Below, in pieces: positions 58,695 through 64,000 of a DNA stretch of 64,000 nucleotides. The stretch is taken from NCBI GenBank assembly GCA_038998585.1, contig JAVZGQ010000004.1, positions 260-64,259 on the forward strand. Reading direction: 5' to 3'. The position numbers were made by a program, and so were the translations under genes. Source of the stretch: Candidatus Aenigmatarchaeota archaeon (GTDB lineage: Archaea > Aenigmatarchaeota > Aenigmatarchaeia > CG10238-14 > SCSR01). The notes beneath the pieces were generated by a model that had not been told where the DNA came from, did not search any database, and worked only from the letters and a program-made list of their open reading frames with translations. Numbering within the stretch: the stretch's first letter is position 1; each line of letters opens with the position of its first letter.

Positions 58695-60125
58695 ATGAAA
58701 AATTATTCTAAGATTCTGAAGAATGTTTTGAAGAAAATTGAACCTTCTGCCCAAGAAAAAAGGGAATTGAATTCTGTTATAAAAAGATGTTTGAAGGAGG
58801 TGAAAAAGGAAGCAAAAAGATTCGATGCAAGACCAATGATTGCGGGCAGCGTTACAAGAGACACATGGCTTCCTGGGAAAAGGGAGTTTGACATCTTCAT
58901 ACTATTTCCACTAAAAATGACTGTAAAGCAGCTTGAGAAGAGGGGACTTGAGATTGGAAAAAAGGTAATTAAAGCGCTTGGTGGAAGCTTCAAGATAGAA
59001 TATGCTCAACATCCCTATGTTTCTGGTAATGTCAACGGTACTGAAATAGATGTTGTGCCGTGCTTTGATGTCAAGACAACAGAAAACCTTAAGTCAGCAG
59101 TAGATCGCACACCTTTTCATGTGAAATATCTCCAAAAAAAGTTGCCAATTAAACTTTCGGCTCAAGTGAGGCTTCTCAAACAATTCTTGACAGCAAATAA
59201 AATTTATGGGGCTGATGCAAGAACACAAGGGTTTTCTGGCTATGTTTGCGAGCTTTTGATTATAAAGTACAAAAATTTCTTAAATGTTCTCAGGCAGGCT
59301 CAAGCTTGGAGGCCAGGCGAGATTATAGATTTGGAGAATTTTTACAAAAAGGAAGAATATTCCAAGTTAATTAAGCTTTTTCCAAAACAAATTTTGATTT
59401 TGATCGACCCAACTGACAAGAATAGAAACACTGCAGCTGCTTTGTCCGCGGAAAACTTTTTCAAGTTCAAGAAGTTGGCAAAAGAATTCCTTGAAAATCC
59501 AAGAGAAGAGATGTTTTTTAAGAGAGAAAAAACACCAATTTCAGAAAAAGAACTGATAGAAAAAATGCTTGAAAGGAAAACAGAATTGATTTTGGTGAAG
59601 TTCTCCCCACCGGATGTTGTACCAGATGTTCTTTGGCCCCAACTTAGGAGATTTGCTGAAAGGTTAGAAAGTATTCTGGAAGAAACAAAATATGAATTTA
59701 AAGTTTTAAGGAGAGATTGTTACACAAATGAAAAAGATTTGGCAATTGTTTTGCTAGAAATGGAGGTTTCAAGTTTGCCTGCTGTGCAGAAGAAGATGGG
59801 ACCAGAGGTCTTTGACCTAGACGACTCTAGGAGATTTTTGGAAAAATATAAAAAGTTGGCGATAAATGGGCCTTTTATTGAAGAAAAAAGCTGGGTTGTT
59901 GAAGTTAGGAGGAAGTTTATGACAGCGAGGGAGAAGATTTTTGATAGCTTAAATGTTGATGCAAGCATCTTAAAAGCCAAAGGAATTCCAAACCACATAG
60001 CAGAGCAAATAGCAAATGGATTTGAATTGATTTCTGACACAGAAAGAATAATTGATATTGTTGGTAAGGATAGGGAATTTGGTATTTTTTTGAAAGAGTA
60101 TTTTGAAAAGGAGGATCTTTCATGA
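58695..60125 (+). CDS. cca: CCA-adding enzyme (archaeal class I tRNA nucleotidyltransferase)
   Basis: 476 aa; GSVTRDTWLPGKREFDIF catalytic motif and archaeal CCA body/tail domains. Confidence 0.9.
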   Translation: MKNYSKILKNVLKKIEPSAQEKRELNSVIKRCLKEVKKEAKRFDARPMIAGSVTRDTWLPGKREFDIFILFPLKMTVKQLEKRGLEIGKKVIKALGGSFKIEYAQHPYVSGNVNGTEIDVVPCFDVKTTENLKSAVDRTPFHVKYLQKKLPIKLSAQVRLLKQFLTANKIYGADARTQGFSGYVCELLIIKYKNFLNVLRQAQAWRPGEIIDLENFYKKEEYSKLIKLFPKQILILIDPTDKNRNTAAALSAENFFKFKKLAKEFLENPREEMFFKREKTPISEKELIEKMLERKTELILVKFSPPDVVPDVLWPQLRRFAERLESILEETKYEFKVLRRDCYTNEKDLAIVLLEMEVSSLPAVQKKMGPEVFDLDDSRRFLEKYKKLAINGPFIEEKSWVVEVRRKFMTAREKIFDSLNVDASILKAKGIPNHIAEQIANGFELISDTERIIDIVGKDREFGIFLKEYFEKEDLS

Positions 60126-61027
60126 TTCAAATAACATTTTTGGGCACAGTTTCAGGAATTCCGAGTAAAGATAGAAATCACCCTGCCATTGTCTTGGAGT
60201 ATTTTGGTGAAGAGAAGGATAGTTTGCTTTTTGATTGTGGGGAGGGAACTCAGAAGCAGCTTATGCAATCTAGAATAAGCTTCATGAAAATAAAAAAAAT
60301 CTTCATTTCACATTGGCATGCAGACCACTTTTCTGGTTTGATCCCTTTAATTCAGACTATGAGCTTAGAAAAAAGGAAAGATGAACTCAAAATTTTTGGG
60401 CCAGAGGCAGAGAGGTTCGTTTCAAACATTTTGGACTTGGGATATTTTGGTTTGAGGTTTCCGATTGAGGCTATAAATGTCCCTTTTGAGGGAAGTGAAG
60501 TCGGATTGATTGATGAAGCTCGAGAGTATCAAGTTTTTTCAATTCCAGTCTTACATACAGTACCGTCAGTGGCATATTGTTTTCAAGAAAAGCCAAGGTG
60601 GAACATAGACACCAAAAAGCTTAGGGAGCTTGGTCTGAGAAGTGGGTCTTGGTTGAAGAGGTTGAAAAAAATTGGGAAAGTAGAATACAAGGGAAAAGAG
60701 ATAAAAATAGAAGATGTGGCAAATCTCAAACCAGGTTTGAAAGTGGTTTATTCTGGCGACACAAAGCCTTGTAGCAACATTTTAGAAATTTCCAAAAACG
60801 CTGATTTGCTTATTCACGATGGAACTTTTCTTGAAGAGGAAGAAGGAAAAGCTCATGCTGATGTGAAGCAAGCGGCAAAAATAGCAAAAGAGGCGAATGT
60901 TAAGCAACTTGTCTTAACCCATATAAGTAGGCGTTACACCGATGTGAAGCAATTAGAAGAAGAAGCTAGAAAAATTTTCCCAAACACAAAAGTCGCTTTT
61001 GACTTTATGCAAGTTAAACTAAAGTAA
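60122..61027 (+). CDS. rnz: ribonuclease Z (tRNA 3' endonuclease)
   Basis: 301 aa; HWHADH metallo-beta-lactamase motif, exosite region; ATGA overlap with cca. Confidence 0.9.
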   Translation: MIQITFLGTVSGIPSKDRNHPAIVLEYFGEEKDSLLFDCGEGTQKQLMQSRISFMKIKKIFISHWHADHFSGLIPLIQTMSLEKRKDELKIFGPEAERFVSNILDLGYFGLRFPIEAINVPFEGSEVGLIDEAREYQVFSIPVLHTVPSVAYCFQEKPRWNIDTKKLRELGLRSGSWLKRLKKIGKVEYKGKEIKIEDVANLKPGLKVVYSGDTKPCSNILEISKNADLLIHDGTFLEEEEGKAHADVKQAAKIAKEANVKQLVLTHISRRYTDVKQLEEEARKIFPNTKVAFDFMQVKLK

Positions 61028-61288
61028 ATAGTCAAGAACTTTTTTAATTTTTGGATATTTGGAGCAGTAGTTATCAGTTGCAATATGAATCAAAGCAGAA
61101 ACGGCTCCTTCTTTTCCGTCACAAACAAGACCAATTAAAAAAGCTGAAATTGGATCGTGGAATAAAATTCTGTGTTTTTTACCAAGGATCTTTACAGGAT
61201 AATCAATAGTTCTGTTTGTCTTTTCACAAGATTTTCCTGTTAAAATTTTTGAAATCTTTTTGTGAATATAGCGAGATGGCATTCTCAC
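61019..61288 (-). CDS. hypothetical protein (His/Asp-containing, 89 aa)
   Basis: Last gene of a tight 5-gene minus-strand cluster; HRILFHDP and HIATD segments; no family recognised. Confidence 0.35.
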   Translation of the reverse strand: MRMPSRYIHKKISKILTGKSCEKTNRTIDYPVKILGKKHRILFHDPISAFLIGLVCDGKEGAVSALIHIATDNYCSKYPKIKKVLDYLL

Positions 61289-61610
61289 CGCCTAAAAATT
61301 CAATTAATTCAGAGAGCACTCCTTCTTTTGCCAAAAAAGTTAATAGAGTGCCAAGCAAAAAAGAATTTACATCTAACTCGTCTCCTCCAGATTTAACTTG
61401 CTGCTCATAAAATGAAATTTTCTTGAGCATCTTTTCTTTGTCTTCGGCAGTTAGAAAAACATCTGAAGCAATTTTTGCTTTAAGCTCGCCAGCTTTTTTC
61501 AAATAGTTGTCTGAACTTTTTTTGATGATCTCCAAGTGTTTTTCTCCACCAATTTCAATTTCTTTCATGAGTTCTGAATATTCTACCAGTCTTGAAAGAT
61601 AGTCTTTCAT
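61224..61610 (-). CDS. hypothetical protein (helical, 128 aa)
   Basis: Abuts the upstream ORF with no gap; no family recognised. Confidence 0.35.
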   Translation of the reverse strand: MKDYLSRLVEYSELMKEIEIGGEKHLEIIKKSSDNYLKKAGELKAKIASDVFLTAEDKEKMLKKISFYEQQVKSGGDELDVNSFLLGTLLTFLAKEGVLSELIEFLGGENAISLYSQKDFKNFNRKIL

Positions 61611-61799
61611 TCATCTTACCACTTTTTCCAAAAAGAACAGCAAGTGTTCAATCTGCTTGTATTTGCTCATCACCTCTTCTAATGCAATTTCTTTAATTTC
61701 TTCTCCTTTGTCGTTCAGTTTGTTGTAGGCTTCTCTGTAGGCTTTAAGTCCTTGGAACAATGCATAAATCAGTGGAATGATTTCATTTTCTTCAACCAT
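61611..61799 (-). CDS. hypothetical protein (helical, 62 aa)
   Basis: 8-nt overlap with the upstream ORF. Confidence 0.3.
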   Translation of the reverse strand: MVEENEIIPLIYALFQGLKAYREAYNKLNDKGEEIKEIALEEVMSKYKQIEHLLFFLEKVVR

Positions 61800-62073
61800 T
61801 TTTATCCCTATACTTTCTTAGCTCATCTTTTAAATCTTTCAAGGTTTGTGCGAGCTCATCTATCGCCTTATAGCTTTCAGGACCAATTCCAAGACTTCTC
61901 AATTCATTGGCAACATATTGTGCTGCTGTTTTTCCTATTAGTTGAGCGTCATTCTCCTTTTCTACTCTTCTTTTTTCTTCCATCGGCTTTCTTATGTAAT
62001 ATCCTACAAGTGCTCCAGCTAAAAGCACGACCAAATCTTTAGTACCAACATCAATTTCACTCAATTTCACCAT
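61792..62073 (-). CDS. hypothetical protein with N-terminal TM helix and charged coiled C-terminus
   Basis: 93 aa; DLVVLLAGALVGYYI; abuts the upstream ORF. Confidence 0.35.
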   Translation of the reverse strand: MVKLSEIDVGTKDLVVLLAGALVGYYIRKPMEEKRRVEKENDAQLIGKTAAQYVANELRSLGIGPESYKAIDELAQTLKDLKDELRKYRDKNG

Positions 62074-62349
62074 TCAATCACCTCTCAAAGTTTTCCAAAT
62101 TTTTTTATGGAGGATGTATCCACCAATCTCACCGACGAAAGCTGCGGCTGAGGTGTAAATCGCGTAATCTGCAAGCAATTCAGGAATTGGTGCTAAGGAA
62201 CTGCCTGTAGCAAAATTTGTTATTTCTCTTGCTGCTATGTAAGCTATAGATCCACATTGAGCTGCAATGTAACCAATCCCGGCACCTCCGATACTTGATA
62301 TGAGCGAGGTTAGACCTTTCCAAGATCCCTTTTCATCCTTTTCTTTCAT
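62074..62349 (-). CDS. hypothetical Gly-zipper membrane protein
   Basis: 91 aa; SSIGGAGIGYIAAQCGSIAYIAA and AAAFVGEIGGYIL. Confidence 0.35.
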   Translation of the reverse strand: MKEKDEKGSWKGLTSLISSIGGAGIGYIAAQCGSIAYIAAREITNFATGSSLAPIPELLADYAIYTSAAAFVGEIGGYILHKKIWKTLRGD

Positions 62350-62538
62350 TTTTTCACCTTAATGAACAATCTGGAGAAGGGCTTACATTTATTTTTTTGA
62401 CTTAAGAGGTGAGTGAAAATGTTATGAATGCAGAAGAATTGTGGGGGTACTCTTACCGACTTCATTCTCAAGATTTTATGTGATCGAAAGAAATAGTAAA
62501 AAATTTAAATTAAACAAAAATAAGTAAATTAAAAGGAA

Positions 62539-62729
62539 TAGCGGGGTGGAGCAAGCGTAAGCCTCTAAGCCTGGAGTGCTCGTCGAGAATAATACTTGAT
62601 TTGTGTTTTTCGCGAAAGGCTCATAGGCTAAGGCTAAGACACCCGAAAGGCAATCCAATAGCCCAGGAAGGTCGTTGGTTCAAATCCAAAAGATGTTGGT
62701 GTAATACCAGCTTCTGGAGAACCCCCGCT
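62539..62729 (+). tRNA. initiator tRNA-Met (anticodon CAU) interrupted by five putative insertions totalling 115 nt
   Basis: 191 nt. Insertions: 14 nt in the D loop (within 552..570; about 556..569), 585..616, 625..639, 647..668 and 689..720. Removing them gives AGCGGGG-TG-GAGC-AAGCCTGGAGT-GCTC-G-TCGGG-CTCATAA-CCCGA-AGGTC-GTTGG-TTCAAAT-CCAAC-CCCCGCT-A (76 nt) with A1:U72 and three G-C pairs next to the anticodon loop. Confidence 0.7.
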
Positions 62730-62867
62730 ATTCAATCTCTAATTTTATTGATTTTTTTAGTATACAGAAATTTTATTGGAATATAATTCAGTATATTTGT
62801 AGATAGTTTTTGCACTGTCAATCTTTTTTTCATCAGAATTTTAAAAAAGGAAATCAATACTAAAATT

Positions 62868-63368
62868 ATGAAAATTTTTCTCACCGGAAAGTCTGGCTCA
62901 GGGAAATCAACAGTTTTGTTTAGAACAGTCGATTTGCTTAAAAACAAAGGTCTTAAAGTTGGGGGCATAGTTACACCAGAAATAAGGGAGAGGGGAAAGA
63001 GAGTTGGTTTTTATGTCAAGGATGTTTTCTCACAAGTAATGGAAGTTTTTGCAAGCGTCGACTTTAAAATCGGACCAAAAATTGGTAAGTATGGGATTGA
63101 TGTAAAAGCTTTTGAAAAAATTGCTTTGCCCGCGTTAGATTTTGCGGTTGAGAAGTGTGATGTTGTGGTTGTGGACGAGATTGGAAAGATGGAATTTTTC
63201 AGCGAAGACTTCAAGAATAAGATTTTTGCTTTGATACTTCTGGACAAGTCTTTGATTGCAGTCCTGCACAGGGATTTTGTTAAACAGTTCGGGCAGTTTG
63301 GTGAAATCGTCGAGGTCAACGAAGAAAACAGGGAAAAGCTCCCAGAAGAATTGTTCAGACTTTTTTAA
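62868..63368 (+). CDS. nucleoside-triphosphatase (THEP1/MJ1559 family)
   Basis: 166 aa; Walker A GKSGSGKST, Walker B VVVVDEIGKME. Confidence 0.8.
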   Translation: MKIFLTGKSGSGKSTVLFRTVDLLKNKGLKVGGIVTPEIRERGKRVGFYVKDVFSQVMEVFASVDFKIGPKIGKYGIDVKAFEKIALPALDFAVEKCDVVVVDEIGKMEFFSEDFKNKIFALILLDKSLIAVLHRDFVKQFGQFGEIVEVNEENREKLPEELFRLF

Positions 63369-63741
63369 ATTTCAAAATTGCTTTAACCAATTCATGGCTT
63401 GAAATTCCAAATCCGCCGAGTCTGAGTTCATAAACTTTTTTTGATATTTTGATTCTTCCAAGCAAGATTACCATTGACTTGAAATCAGAAGATTTCTTCA
63501 AGCTTTTTAAAAGGTACTCGCTCCACCTTTTGTCACACAAGTAAATGTTAATCTGCTTTGCCTCATCTTTTTTGTCAATGACAACATCAAAACTTTCGCC
63601 TTCAAACAAAAAATTTTCTTTTTTAATTAAGAAAGCAATTTTCCTGCCGCTCAGACCTAAAATTTCAAGACCTTTTTCTAAACCTTTCGTCTGAGCCAAA
63701 TTCACTGCTTTGCCAAAAGCTTCTAGAACTTCCATATTCAA
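63355..63741 (-). CDS. hypothetical protein
   Basis: 128 aa; no family recognised. Confidence 0.3.
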   Translation of the reverse strand: MNMEVLEAFGKAVNLAQTKGLEKGLEILGLSGRKIAFLIKKENFLFEGESFDVVIDKKDEAKQINIYLCDKRWSEYLLKSLKKSSDFKSMVILLGRIKISKKVYELRLGGFGISSHELVKAILKFKKV

Positions 63742-63821
63742 TAATCTTTGATTTTTGAAGATTAAAAAATCTGCCAGGGGCAGTACGAAACTTGATTTTG
63801 AAATTATGAATAGGGGAATGA

Positions 63822-63904
63822 TGGGTCTGGGCGGAGTTGAACCACCTTCTCGGCCTTGTTTGCCCTTGATTAAGGGCCGCGTCCTACCGTTAGACTACAG
63901 ACCC
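63822..63904 (-). tRNA. tRNA-Val (anticodon UAC) with a 12-nt insertion inside the anticodon (63860..63871, position 34/35)
   Basis: GGGTCTG..CGGCC-CTT[AATCAAGGGCAA]ACAA-GGCCG..GGTGG-TTCAACT-CCGCC-CAGACCC-A. Exon GCCC pairs with intron GGGC as a 4-bp helix between 3-nt bulges. Confidence 0.8.
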
Positions 63905-64000
63905 TTTATTTTTGATTTTGAGTTTGAAAATAAAAATTGTTGCTATTGAAACTAAGAACAAAATTTGGAGTAAATCAAGTTCATACATAATTTTGAATCT

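Overview
AT-rich archaeal chromosome segment, minus-strand dominated, whose gene content fits a small-genome (DPANN-like) archaeon; lineage cannot be fixed from sequence alone. Most of it is conserved information-processing core. One block is ftsZ-secE-spt5-L11-L1-P0-P1. A second is S13-S4-S11-rpoD. A third is L7Ae-S28e-L24e. The fourth is the RNA polymerase/translation superoperon rpoH-rpoB''-rpoB'/A'-rpoA''-L30e-nusA-S12-S7-EF2-EF1a-S10. Other core genes are Hel308, Kae1, Nop5/fibrillarin, GluRS, ThrRS, DNA ligase, CCA enzyme and RNase Z. I found one 5S rRNA and eight tRNA genes by hand. The unusual layer is RNA-level gene interruption. (1) Seven of the eight tRNA genes carry insertions, many at non-canonical positions; initiator tRNA-Met is 191 nt and yields a 76-nt tRNA only after removing five segments. 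(2) The family-B DNA polymerase is split into two adjacent cistrons just after motif C. Its second cistron carries a 21-nt TAG-containing element that folds into a bulge-helix-bulge motif; removing it restores the conserved RGxE-VRRDW motif, so it is a candidate endonuclease-spliced mRNA intron. (3) RpoB' and RpoA' are joined in one 1428-codon frame with no stop. Accessory or unclear regions: a 2.3-kb block of small RHH/zinc-finger genes abutting tRNA-Leu; a ~0.75-kb very AT-rich spacer with a repeated AAAGTGAGA motif next to a gene bracketed by 12-nt tandem repeats; a GC-richer ~160-nt candidate ncRNA; a decayed LAGLIDADG endonuclease gene; and a five-gene operon of small uncharacterised proteins. 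Many long ORFs antisense to real genes in the supplied track are compositional artefacts. All RNA structures were folded by eye and need computational confirmation.
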